This document shows positions 9,379 to 18,057 of a DNA stretch of 64,000 nucleotides, piece after piece. The notes beneath the pieces are model-generated. The model had not been told where the DNA came from. It made no database searches and was given only the letters and a program-made list of their open reading frames with translations. Every line of letters starts with the position of its first letter. Within the stretch, counting starts at the first letter, position 1. The translations under genes were made by a program, and so were the position numbers. Source of the stretch: Candidatus Iainarchaeum sp. (lineage in GTDB: Archaea; Iainarchaeota; Iainarchaeia; Iainarchaeales; JAXPJC01); the NCBI GenBank assembly GCA_016187745.1, contig JACPJC010000005.1, positions 182,668 through 246,667 of the forward strand, written 5' to 3'.

Positions 9379-10062
9379 CTAAGCTTTTTCAATTCCCCTG
9401 TATTTGTTTGAAGCAAGGTTTATATAATTGAATTCTATGCCCTTCTGCTTCAGCACATTTGCCTTGCCCTGCATTATTCCTGGGAAGAACAGTGTTTTCC
9501 ATTTCCCGAGCTCTTCCAGAATCTGGTCATTGGTGAATTCGCCTGCGTGCCTGTCAAGGAGATATTTTGCCAAGCCGCGCATTGCGCCAGAGTGCGCGCA
9601 GGCGCATGCCGCAGCGCCGTTTGAAAAGGTGATTGCGTCCGCCCCGCAGCAGTACTCGCAGGAAATTTGGGTTGTTACCGCAATATATCTCTGCAGCTTC
9701 TCCCCTGAAAGCGTTATGCCTGTGTCATAAACAGACATCTTTGCTATTGTCGCATTTGATTTTGCTACATCATTTGTGGAAATATCATCATATCTAACTT
9801 GCAGCTCAGCGCCATAAACTGCAGGAACTCCGCTTGGAATCGCATTTTCATAGCTGCCGGAAACAGCAATTCCTGAATAGCCTGTTCCGCTCCCTGAAAC
9901 CCCGCCTGAAATATTGAAAAGCATATATTGATTGAAGAGCATCAGTGCCGCGACAATCCCAATCAGCGCATAGCTGAACTTCATAAGCAGCTTGCTGTCC
10001 TTCTTTTCCGCGCCCTTCGCGCCTTTATTTTCTGCCTGCGAATTATTTTGTTCTTCACCCAT
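9379..10062 (-). CDS. Membrane-anchored protein with CEYCCG..CACAH motif
   Basis: One TM and a Cys cluster; first gene of the leftward operon. Confidence 0.75.
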   Translation of the reverse strand: MGEEQNNSQAENKGAKGAEKKDSKLLMKFSYALIGIVAALMLFNQYMLFNISGGVSGSGTGYSGIAVSGSYENAIPSGVPAVYGAELQVRYDDISTNDVAKSNATIAKMSVYDTGITLSGEKLQRYIAVTTQISCEYCCGADAITFSNGAAACACAHSGAMRGLAKYLLDRHAGEFTNDQILEELGKWKTLFFPGIMQGKANVLKQKGIEFNYINLASNKYRGIEKA

Positions 10063-10092
10063 AAAACACCTACTCCTTACACTTCTTGAAAA

Positions 10093-10113
10093 GCTTTACA
10101 TTATTTGTAAAGC
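10093..10113. promoter_or_regulatory. Candidate BlaI/CopY-type operator
   Basis: GCTTTACA-N5-TGTAAAGC inverted repeat in the divergent intergenic region; contains TACA/TGTA half-sites. Confidence 0.6.
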
Positions 10114-10159
10114 ATTCTATTTTTAAACCTTTCACCTGAACAATTATTTGTGAATTCAG

Positions 10160-10543
10160 ATGGAAATTGACAAAATAAATCTTGACAAGAGCGGGCTTAA
10201 TTCCCTCTTCTCAGAATTGGAATCAGATATCCTTAATAACCTTTGGCTGAAGAAGAGCGCAACCGCAAGGGAAGTTTTCACGAAAATAAAAGGCGCGCAT
10301 AAAATCGCCTATCCGACAGTTGTTGTAACCCTTGACAGGCTTTACGAAAAAGGCCTTGTTGACAGGACAGTTCAGACATGCAGGGGCGGCCTGCGCTATG
10401 CCTATGTCCCGAAAATCTCCAGGCAGGAGCTCGCGGAAAAGCTCACGGACAAGATGTTTGTTTTCCTCAGAAGGAGCTTCGGGGAATCCTCAACAGCTTA
10501 TTTGAGAAAAAAACTCGGCAAGGGGGAGAAGAGTGACTTCTGA
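10160..10543 (+). CDS. BlaI/MecI/CopY family repressor
   Basis: SELESDILNNLW...AYPTVVVTLDRLYEKGLVDR wHTH. Confidence 0.9.
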   Translation: MEIDKINLDKSGLNSLFSELESDILNNLWLKKSATAREVFTKIKGAHKIAYPTVVVTLDRLYEKGLVDRTVQTCRGGLRYAYVPKISRQELAEKLTDKMFVFLRRSFGESSTAYLRKKLGKGEKSDF

Positions 10544-11243
10544 ACTCAGCTGCATTGCAACCTGCATTGCAAGCCAGAACCCAGTTATTGCGTTCCTTAA
10601 TTACATACTTATCGGGATAATAGGCATAAGCGCTTTTGCGCTGATAGTGTTTGGAAGGCATTTCTCACTCAAAACGAATTTCCTGCTTAAATCAGCATTC
10701 CTCACATCACTTTTCCTTTTCCTTATTGTATTGCTTTTTGCCACTCCCGCATCCGCAAATTCATTGTTTGTTTATACGCACACTTCCCTTCTTTTGCTGA
10801 TAGTGGGGTATTTCGCCTTTTCCTATCTCTTTGCGCCATTCATAATGCGCATAGGGCTGAAAAGGACAGCAAATGCTGAAGTTGAAGGAATCATAACAGA
10901 AGAGAGCAAAAATCTCAACATCAAAAAGCCCAGCATATTTGTCTTTGCCGATTCCCAGGCAAGCGCCTTCACAGTTTCAGGCATTAAAAAAGCAGTTTTC
11001 ATTTCAACGGCGCTTGTTGAAAGGCTGAACAAGGATGAGCTGAAGGCGGTTTTGACGCATGAATTGCTGCACCTGAAGGGGAATTTCTTCAATCTTAAGA
11101 GGTTTTTCTCCTCAGTGCGCGCGGGCTTTTTTGGCCTAATCCCAATACAGGTGGAAGAGCTTGACATTCTTGCAGAAGACAAGATTGATGAAAGCATGCC
11201 CGGGGAAAAACAGGCCCTTGACCGCGCGAGGGAAAAACTATGA
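10533..11243 (+). CDS. BlaR1/M56-M48-like membrane metalloprotease
   Basis: 3 TM then ELKAVLTHELLH (HEXXH); overlaps the repressor gene. Confidence 0.8.
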   Translation: MTSELSCIATCIASQNPVIAFLNYILIGIIGISAFALIVFGRHFSLKTNFLLKSAFLTSLFLFLIVLLFATPASANSLFVYTHTSLLLLIVGYFAFSYLFAPFIMRIGLKRTANAEVEGIITEESKNLNIKKPSIFVFADSQASAFTVSGIKKAVFISTALVERLNKDELKAVLTHELLHLKGNFFNLKRFFSSVRAGFFGLIPIQVEELDILAEDKIDESMPGEKQALDRAREKL

Positions 11244-11785
11244 ATCCGAGAATTCTAATTTTCGGAATAATTTTGCTATTTGGCATTGGCTTTGTCTCTG
11301 CACACGGTGAGGATTTCGAAAATGCAAAGGCCATTGTTGACTCAAATGCAAGCTGCAGCAGTCTTACCGAGGCGCAGCTTGAAATGATTGGCGATTACTA
11401 TATGGAGCAGATGCACCCCGGGGAAGCCCATGAACTCATGCACAAGATGATGGGCGGAGAGGATTCCGAAACAATAAAATCAATGCACATCCAGATGGCA
11501 AAATCCATCTACTGCGGGGAAACAACAGGCATGATGAGCATGATGTCAGAGAACGGGATGATGAGTATGATGGGAAGCGGAATGATGGGGATGATGGGCG
11601 GCTCAGGAACCCAGGGCATGATGGGCGGCTCGGGCATGATGAATTACGGAACGGCCGCTTATTCAGGCATTCCCCTATACATATGGAACTTTTTGTATCT
11701 CCTGCTTGTAATAGGCGCGATAGCGCTGATTTTCGTCCTGATAGCGAGATTTTCGCTTGATTTGAAAAAGCAGAAAAAGAAATAG
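11240..11785 (+). CDS. Met/His-rich surface protein with C-terminal TM
   Basis: Signal peptide; MHPGEAHELMH; long MMG tract. Confidence 0.75.
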   Translation: MNPRILIFGIILLFGIGFVSAHGEDFENAKAIVDSNASCSSLTEAQLEMIGDYYMEQMHPGEAHELMHKMMGGEDSETIKSMHIQMAKSIYCGETTGMMSMMSENGMMSMMGSGMMGMMGGSGTQGMMGGSGMMNYGTAAYSGIPLYIWNFLYLLLVIGAIALIFVLIARFSLDLKKQKKK

Positions 11786-11786
11786 A

Positions 11787-12518
11787 GTGCTGCACATGAA
11801 TGAGAAACTCGCCCTTACTGCGCTTTTAGGATTTATAATTATTGGCGCTGCGCTTATTGTGTTTTTTTCCTTTCCTTTCGGCAATACTTCAAATTCCGCA
11901 ACAGGGCAGGGCGCGCTTGCTTCCGCGCATGATTCGGAAATGCCATTTACCGCATTTGACAGGGCGCTTGCAGCGGAATTGATGGACAAAGATGGGGATG
12001 GAAAATGCGATGCCTGCGGCATGGCAATAAAGGACTGCATTGCGTCAAACATGCTGCAGTGCAATATGGACCCCAAAGCAACAATTGGGCTCCTTGGAAG
12101 CGCGCATGCGCACGCAGAATTCAGGGTTTATGTTAATGGGGCGCAAATTGACTTTTCCAAATATGCTGAGCTGCATGAAGAGGCAATGCAGAATAAAAGC
12201 GCGGAAACAAGCAGCTTCATCCATGTGCATGAGGAGGAAGCCCCGCACAAAGCAGGGGAAATTCTGCACATGCACGCGAGCGGCGTTCCCCTGTGGGTTT
12301 TCTTTGAAAGCATCGGGATGGAATTCAGCAAAAATTGCCTGAAAATACAGGCAGGGGAAGAATTCTGCAATGCTCCTGAAAAAACCCTCAAATTTTATGT
12401 GAATGGCAGGCAGAACAGTTCATTCGAAAACTATGCGCCAAAGGATGATGATAAAATACTCATAAGCTATGGCAGTGAATCAGAAGATGAAATAAAAGGG
12501 CAGCTTGATTCAGTATGA
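11787..12518 (+). CDS. Membrane-anchored His/Cys-rich protein
   Basis: DKDGDGKCDAC, HAH, HVH and HMH motifs; ATG at 11796 is an alternative start. Confidence 0.7.
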   Translation: MLHMNEKLALTALLGFIIIGAALIVFFSFPFGNTSNSATGQGALASAHDSEMPFTAFDRALAAELMDKDGDGKCDACGMAIKDCIASNMLQCNMDPKATIGLLGSAHAHAEFRVYVNGAQIDFSKYAELHEEAMQNKSAETSSFIHVHEEEAPHKAGEILHMHASGVPLWVFFESIGMEFSKNCLKIQAGEEFCNAPEKTLKFYVNGRQNSSFENYAPKDDDKILISYGSESEDEIKGQLDSV

Positions 12519-12907
12519 AAGAAAAAATCCTTAATTCATTCAGCTCCGCAAGCGCCGCGCTCGCAACCTTCGGAAGCTCCTTCCAGCTCTGCCACAACAT
12601 ATGCCTTGCATTTATAGGGATCCTTGCATTTCTTGGAATAGCAATAGCCGGAATGCCGCTTCTCTTCCTTTTCCAGTACAATATCTATTTCTGGGCATTT
12701 GCGATTGCGCTTCTCATTCCCACAGTAATAATGTACATCTACAAGAAATGCCTCTCAAGGAATCTTCTGCTTTTCAATATAGGAATAGTAATTGCAGGCA
12801 CTCCAGAAAATTTTACATTCGGCATTCAGCCAATATTCTGGATTGTGGGCGGGATTTTAGTAATGATTGCAATTGCATCTATCATATATAAAAAAGCAGT
12901 ATGCTGA
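12515..12907 (+). CDS. Membrane protein with CHNIC
   Basis: 4 hydrophobic segments. Confidence 0.65.
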   Translation: MKEKILNSFSSASAALATFGSSFQLCHNICLAFIGILAFLGIAIAGMPLLFLFQYNIYFWAFAIALLIPTVIMYIYKKCLSRNLLLFNIGIVIAGTPENFTFGIQPIFWIVGGILVMIAIASIIYKKAVC

Positions 12908-12937
12908 AATTTTTGCAAGGTTATTTGTAATTTCCCT

Positions 12938-13177
12938 CTAAACTGCAATTCCATACACTTGGAATAAAATATGCAAAAAGATGTGAATTATTACCAGGGC
13001 TATGAGAGTTATCCTTGTGTATCTGTGATACTTTACCATTTTATCCCTATATTTCTTAAGAGGGCCCCAATTCAGGCTATTATACCACCAGCAGGTTGAT
13101 AAGTCTATAAAAAATACAACTGTCAGGGCAACCGCAGCCCAAAACACCAAATCAAATCCAAAAATTAATGTTACCAT
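12938..13177 (-). CDS. Small 2-TM protein with H-x13-H
   Basis: HRYTRITLIALVIIH; paralog of 4098-4310. Confidence 0.6.
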   Translation of the reverse strand: MVTLIFGFDLVFWAAVALTVVFFIDLSTCWWYNSLNWGPLKKYRDKMVKYHRYTRITLIALVIIHIFLHILFQVYGIAV

Positions 13178-13513
13178 CTATTCGCCTTTTAATTCTTCAA
13201 TTGATTTCGGTTTGCAAACCATTGCTCCGCCTGGAACCGGGCAAACCTTATGGCAATGGCAATCGCCAAAGCAGTTTTCAGGCCTAATTGCTATGGCAAT
13301 CTTTTTCTTATTTCCATTTATTATAATTTCCTGCATTTCATAGCAATTGCCGAGGCAAACCCTTACGCACATTCCGCAGCCGGTGCACTTGTTTTTATCC
13401 ACATCCAACAAAAAGGCAGGTATCCATTCTTCACTATCCGCCTTTCGTGACCTGAACCATTTTCTTTCCGCGCCTACTGGATTTCCCAATATGTCGCAGC
13501 ATTCTTCTGTCAT
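13178..13513 (-). CDS. Ferredoxin (4Fe-4S dicluster type)
   Basis: CTGCGMCVRVC and atypical CFGDCHCHKVCP. Confidence 0.85.
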   Translation of the reverse strand: MTEECCDILGNPVGAERKWFRSRKADSEEWIPAFLLDVDKNKCTGCGMCVRVCLGNCYEMQEIIINGNKKKIAIAIRPENCFGDCHCHKVCPVPGGAMVCKPKSIEELKGE

Positions 13514-14019
13514 GCCAGCCCCTGTTTTGATTGCCCTGCTGTCACTTTGCATTTCTTCATGTCAGCAGAGAGGAAATAAATTGAGGCAGCCAGGAGCACT
13601 ATGCTCACGGCCTTCAGCTCAAGCCCTCCAAAAGGCATGAAGAAAAGCGCAAGGGGTTCTCCAACCAGTGCAAAAAGCAGGCTTCCGCACATCGGGCAGC
13701 CTGATGCAAATGCCCCAGAAATTATGCCGGCAAAATTGCCCGAGCCTGCGCAAACGCCCAGCTTTTTTGACTGCCCGAATACAAACAGCATTAATGCAAG
13801 GTTGATTCCGAAAAGCACTGCAATAAAGGCATTTGACAGTAGCGAAAGCAGGCTGAACCAGAAGCCGCTCATCTGGAAATAAACTACAATGCTGTAATCT
13901 GCCACATTTGAAAGCATTAGAAAATGCAAAGCAAAGAAGCTGATGCCCGCGGTTGCAACAGCAGTCAATAGGTATTTCCCATTTCCCAGCACATTCAGCA
14001 TATTTTGCGTTCTGCCCAT
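13510..14019 (-). CDS. Membrane protein with CPMC
   Basis: 4 TM; GCPMCG. Confidence 0.65.
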   Translation of the reverse strand: MGRTQNMLNVLGNGKYLLTAVATAGISFFALHFLMLSNVADYSIVVYFQMSGFWFSLLSLLSNAFIAVLFGINLALMLFVFGQSKKLGVCAGSGNFAGIISGAFASGCPMCGSLLFALVGEPLALFFMPFGGLELKAVSIVLLAASIYFLSADMKKCKVTAGQSKQGLA

Positions 14020-14042
14020 AATTCAATCACATTAATTTGCTT

Positions 14043-14312
14043 TTATTTTAAAAATTTTCCCTTGCAACCATGCTCAAGGCTGCATTTTGCCAGTTCAGCG
14101 TATTCTGGAATGCCCTCAAACATCTTTCTTCCATTTCCAACTATTGTTGGAAGCGCCCTGATGCCATATTTTTCTGCCTTTCGCCTGTTTTTCCCTTCTG
14201 CAAGGTTGTATGTTCTCAATCTGCATTTTGGGCCCATAACTCTCCTTATCATTTTTTCCGTATTGCTGCAGAGATAGCAGTTGCCTGCAAACAATTCCAT
14301 GTTCATAGCCAT
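14043..14312 (-). CDS. Glutaredoxin/thioredoxin-like protein
   Basis: CYLC; YGIRALPTIV cis-Pro motif. Confidence 0.75.
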   Translation of the reverse strand: MAMNMELFAGNCYLCSNTEKMIRRVMGPKCRLRTYNLAEGKNRRKAEKYGIRALPTIVGNGRKMFEGIPEYAELAKCSLEHGCKGKFLK

Positions 14313-14323
14313 TTTATTGCCCC

Positions 14324-14527
14324 CTATTTTTTAACTTCTTTGCGGCGGCCTTCCTTATCATACTCGTAAAGCCTGCCTTCCTCCTCGCCGCTGCAGAGCT
14401 TGTGCGAGCCATCGCAGAATGGCTGGTTTTTTGACAGGCCGCACATGCATATCCATGCAGATTCCTTCTGCGGCTTAATTTCATGAGGCTCCTTTGCCTC
14501 TTTTATTACTGCTCTCGCCATTTTCAT
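14324..14527 (-). CDS. CDGSH iron-sulfur (NEET-like) protein
   Basis: ICMCGLSKNQPFCDGSH. Confidence 0.9.
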   Translation of the reverse strand: MKMARAVIKEAKEPHEIKPQKESAWICMCGLSKNQPFCDGSHKLCSGEEEGRLYEYDKEGRRKEVKK

Positions 14528-14873
14528 CCTCCATCTGAAATTTATTTATTACCCCGCAGGGTTTGTTTTTCAGAACCCCGCAGCTTCTGAGCCTTTTGCT
14601 GTATCTCTCAATGTGCTTGTCTATGTTTTCCAGAATCGGAATTATGTGACTGTTATCCAATGAGTAAACCTTGTTTTTCCCCTTCCAAATGGAAGATACA
14701 AACCCGCACGCTTCCAGGCATTTCAGATTGTGCGAAACCCTGCTCTGCTCAAACCCGAGTAATTTGCATAATTCATTTACGCTTCTCGGTTTCTTTCTAA
14801 GCAGTTTAATGATTTCAAACCTTGTTTTATTGGAAAATGCCTTGAAAAACAGCCTGTATGACAATTCTCTCAT
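14481..14873 (-). CDS. ArsR/SmtB family regulator
   Basis: FFKAFSNKTRFEII...EQSRVSHNLKCL. Confidence 0.9.
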   Translation of the reverse strand: MRELSYRLFFKAFSNKTRFEIIKLLRKKPRSVNELCKLLGFEQSRVSHNLKCLEACGFVSSIWKGKNKVYSLDNSHIIPILENIDKHIERYSKRLRSCGVLKNKPCGVINKFQMEDENGESSNKRGKGAS

Positions 14874-14890
14874 ATGATAATACTGTCATA
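14857..14890. promoter_or_regulatory. Double TATGA-N8-TCATA operator over the ArsR start codon
   Basis: Two overlapping inverted repeats; same architecture at 41340-41373. Confidence 0.6.
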
Positions 14891-14928
14891 ACAAATTTAA
14901 AAGGCTTTCCATTTCCCAAAACTGACAA

Positions 14929-15264
14929 TTACGCAGCCCTTATTATTCTGCAGTTCCCATCCACTTCCACGAAATGGGAAGCGGTTTTCCCGAATTCAGG
15001 GCACTGGTTTGCAGGGCTGTTGTCAATTTCCGCCCTTGGTGAATGCGCAACATCGCAAACCCAGCCTTCCGCAGCGGAATTGCTTAAGCAAGGCCCTGCG
15101 CTCAAATCAGTTCCTTTTCCTTTTTCAATTTCACACAGCGCAGTGCATTTATCTGAAGCGAGCTCGGCAGGAGTTTTCCCTGCTCCGCCCTGCTGGACGC
15201 AGCCGCTAAGCAGAATTAGAATAAATGCCAGCGCAGCAAACCCGAAAACAAGCGGCTTTCGCAT
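14929..15264 (-). CDS. Cys-rich lipoprotein
   Basis: LLSGC lipobox; GPCLSN...WVCDVAHSPR. Confidence 0.65.
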   Translation of the reverse strand: MRKPLVFGFAALAFILILLSGCVQQGGAGKTPAELASDKCTALCEIEKGKGTDLSAGPCLSNSAAEGWVCDVAHSPRAEIDNSPANQCPEFGKTASHFVEVDGNCRIIRAA

Positions 15265-15266
15265 GG

Positions 15267-15473
15267 TTATTTGCCTGGGATTATTCTTGCAAGCATGTAT
15301 GAGATTGGCAGCAGGAAGATTACCACATATGCCCAGTCAATGAAAGTATGCACTATCGGATTTTCAGGCTCTGTGATTATCTTTGCCATGTGCAGATAGC
15401 CCACAACGAAAGAAGCAATCCAAGCCCCAATCAGGATTCCAATAATCCAATTTCTCGTGCTGAAACCCTTCAT
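15267..15473 (-). CDS. Small 2-TM protein
   Basis: Hydrophobic; GGGAGG SD-like element upstream. Confidence 0.5.
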   Translation of the reverse strand: MKGFSTRNWIIGILIGAWIASFVVGYLHMAKIITEPENPIVHTFIDWAYVVIFLLPISYMLARIIPGK

Positions 15474-15520
15474 ATTCGCACCCTCCCCTTATTCATTTAT
15501 TCAACCATATATAAAAACAT

Positions 15521-16159
15521 TCATTTTCCAGCAATCTCGGCTATCCTGGCGTTTGACATGCTTTCCTGCGCCATTTTTTCAATGTCAAGCTTTTTCTCTT
15601 CCTCCTCAATCTGCCCGCGCCCAGCCTTTGTTGCTGGCCTTTCCGGGGTTATTTCGCAGCAGCCCGCTGGCTTTGTTGATGCCGTGAAAGTTCCAAAACC
15701 CTTCGCAAGCCTTTCAATTTCCAATTTGTCCATCCCGAGCAACGGGCGCAGAATCGGAAGTTCAGAGGCGGAAAATTCAGCGGCAATATTGCTGAGCGTC
15801 TGGGAAGCAACCTGCCCGAGGGATTCCCCCGTAAGAAGCGCATCCGCCTTTTCCTTTTCCGCAATCCTGCTGGAAATCCTCAGCATCATGCGCCTGCACA
15901 GCACGCAAGTGAATTTCCTCTCGCACTTTCTTGAGATTTCCGTAAGATTCGCCCCGTGCGGAACCACATACAATTTTATTTTCCTTTTGTATTTTCCGGC
16001 AAGATGCTTCAAAATCTCAAAAACCTTCTCCTCGGTTTTTTCGGAGCTATAGGGGGCATTGCTGAAATGCGCGCAAACAACTTCCGCCCCTCCTTCCAAT
16101 GCAAGCGCTGTTGCTACAGGGGAATCAATCCCCCCGGAGATTAATGCAATTGCCTTCAT
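15521..16159 (-). CDS. thiI: ThiI-like PP-loop sulfurtransferase, catalytic domain only
   Basis: LISGGIDSPVA, CVLCRR, TGESLGQVASQTL, LRPL; no THUMP domain. Confidence 0.8.
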   Translation of the reverse strand: MKAIALISGGIDSPVATALALEGGAEVVCAHFSNAPYSSEKTEEKVFEILKHLAGKYKRKIKLYVVPHGANLTEISRKCERKFTCVLCRRMMLRISSRIAEKEKADALLTGESLGQVASQTLSNIAAEFSASELPILRPLLGMDKLEIERLAKGFGTFTASTKPAGCCEITPERPATKAGRGQIEEEEKKLDIEKMAQESMSNARIAEIAGK

Positions 16160-16443
16160 GCTCCGCGCCCCGCAATAATTCTTATCAGCTGCATTGCAAT
16201 CTTCTCTGCGCCTTCCTTGCTCTCAATGTCCTTCACAATCAGCTTCCCGCTTGCAAAAACCGAAACGCCAGTCCCATTCACTTTCACAATCAATAAGTGC
16301 GGGGTATTTGCCTCAACAGCAATATTGCACGCTTCAAGCCTGCCTGCAAGCGCCCCAAGATCCAGCGCATTCCTCCTTTTCGGGATGAACTCATAGCCAG
16401 TACGGCCCCTGCACAATCTCTCCATATACCCCGGAATTTCCAT
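16156..16443 (-). CDS. Small protein resembling the C-terminal domain of MoeB/ThiF
   Basis: LC..G..P..LDL..LA.RL...LL...VFASGKLIV pattern. Confidence 0.5.
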   Translation of the reverse strand: MEIPGYMERLCRGRTGYEFIPKRRNALDLGALAGRLEACNIAVEANTPHLLIVKVNGTGVSVFASGKLIVKDIESKEGAEKIAMQLIRIIAGRGA

Positions 16444-16447
16444 AATT

Positions 16448-17395
16448 TCACTTTTTTACTTTTGCCAGCTGCAGGCAAACGTTGCAGTATTTGTTCTTCT
16501 CGGAGGTGATGCTCCTGCATTTTGCGCATTTGTGCAGGCTTTCTTTCCTTATGTTTTTTTCAAGCAGCGGCTTCATATTCTTGAAGAACGAAAGTATCTT
16601 GTATTTTGTGCCCGGGGATTTCTCCTCGAATTTGTCCAGTTCGCTCCTGAACAGATTGCGCTTCGCCTGCCACTTAAAAGGGCAGCATTCCTCGCTGTAA
16701 GATTTGATGCCGTTGAATGAGGCATATGCGATTATGTCCTTTTCAGGAGTCTCATAAAGCGGCTTTATGCGCGGAACGAACTCAACAATTTCTTCAGTTC
16801 CAGCAATTGCCCCAAGCCTCGCAAGGCGCTTTGGGTCATTGTCAAATATGTTCATTAAAATGCTCTGCGCCTCGTCATCTAAATTGTGCCCGGTCGCGAT
16901 TTTTGCGCATTTCAATTCCCTTGCAATTTTGTTCAGCAGATGGCGCCTCAGCACCCCGCAGAAAGAGCACGTGCTCCCCAAATTCTCATCCTTCGCAATT
17001 TTCCTCATTATCTGCATCATTGTAATTCCGAATTCATTTTTGAAAGTCCTCTTAACATATTTGATTTTCCACTTTTTGCAGTTCTCCTCCGCAATTTTCA
17101 GCGCCCTGTCGCGATATTTAGGGATTCCCTCATCAAGCATTATTGCAATTATTTCGTTTGATTTCGGGAAAAATTTATTCAGCAGAAAAAGAGTTGCGCT
17201 TGAATCCTTCCCCCCTGATAGGCCTACAGCAACCTTCTCCCCGCGCCTTATTAGCCCGTGCCTGCTTATTGTGCGCCTAACCCTGCGCTCAAAGAACTCA
17301 ATGAAATGCGCCCTGCAGAAATTGTGCGGCCCATAGGGAAGGAGAATCTCCGCCTTTTTGCCGCACCTGCCGCATTTCGCCATGCCAAAACCCAA
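16448..17395 (-). CDS. ttuA: tRNA 2-thiolation protein TtuA/Ncs6 (TIGR00269 type)
   Basis: N-terminal Zn finger, SGGKDS, CSFCGVLRR, TGHNLDD, C-terminal Zn finger. Confidence 0.9.
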   Translation of the reverse strand: MGFGMAKCGRCGKKAEILLPYGPHNFCRAHFIEFFERRVRRTISRHGLIRRGEKVAVGLSGGKDSSATLFLLNKFFPKSNEIIAIMLDEGIPKYRDRALKIAEENCKKWKIKYVKRTFKNEFGITMMQIMRKIAKDENLGSTCSFCGVLRRHLLNKIARELKCAKIATGHNLDDEAQSILMNIFDNDPKRLARLGAIAGTEEIVEFVPRIKPLYETPEKDIIAYASFNGIKSYSEECCPFKWQAKRNLFRSELDKFEEKSPGTKYKILSFFKNMKPLLEKNIRKESLHKCAKCRSITSEKNKYCNVCLQLAKVKK

Positions 17396-17490
17396 CCTTT
17401 TAAAATCCTTCTTTATCTAATTATTATTGAATAGTTTTTTATTATAAGGGCAAATCTGCTTTTATGGATTCTCTGGAATAAGTGGTTGAA

Positions 17491-18054
17491 ATGTCTTTCA
17501 CGCAGCAATTAACAAGGACCTTTGAGAAGGAATACGCAAAGGAGAAGGGCTTTGCAGACCTCTACCGGCAGCGCCTTATTGAGTTCAGGAAGGAGAAGGA
17601 AAGCGCCGTGCGCGTTGAAAAGCCCACAAATCTCGCAAGGGCGCGCACCCTGGGCTATAAGGCAAAGCAGGGCTTTGTTGTTGTAAGGGTTAGGGTAAGG
17701 AAGGGCGGCGGGGTATTCCACAGGCCGGCCAAGGGAAGAAGGCCAAAAAGAATGGGTGTTACAAAGCTTACGCGCAATATTTCAATCCAGACTATTGCTG
17801 AGCAGCGCGCCTCGGAGAAATATCCTAACCTGGAAGTGCTTAATTCTTACTGGGTGGGGGAAGACGGAAAGAAGAAATATTATGAAATAATAATGGTTGA
17901 CACAAGCAACCCCTCAATCCTCGCTGACAGGGGCATAAACTGGATCTGCAGGAGCACCCAGCGCGGCAGGGTTGAAAGGGGGCTTACAAGCTCGGCAAAG
18001 AAGGCGAGGGGCCTGCGCAACAAGGGAAGGGGCGCGGAGAAAGCTAGCCGATAG
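17491..18054 (+). CDS. rpl15e: 50S ribosomal protein L15e
   Basis: [29 protein letters not shown]. Confidence 0.97.
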   Translation: MSFTQQLTRTFEKEYAKEKGFADLYRQRLIEFRKEKESAVRVEKPTNLARARTLGYKAKQGFVVVRVRVRKGGGVFHRPAKGRRPKRMGVTKLTRNISIQTIAEQRASEKYPNLEVLNSYWVGEDGKKKYYEIIMVDTSNPSILADRGINWICRSTQRGRVERGLTSSAKKARGLRNKGRGAEKASR

Positions 18055-18057
18055 CAG

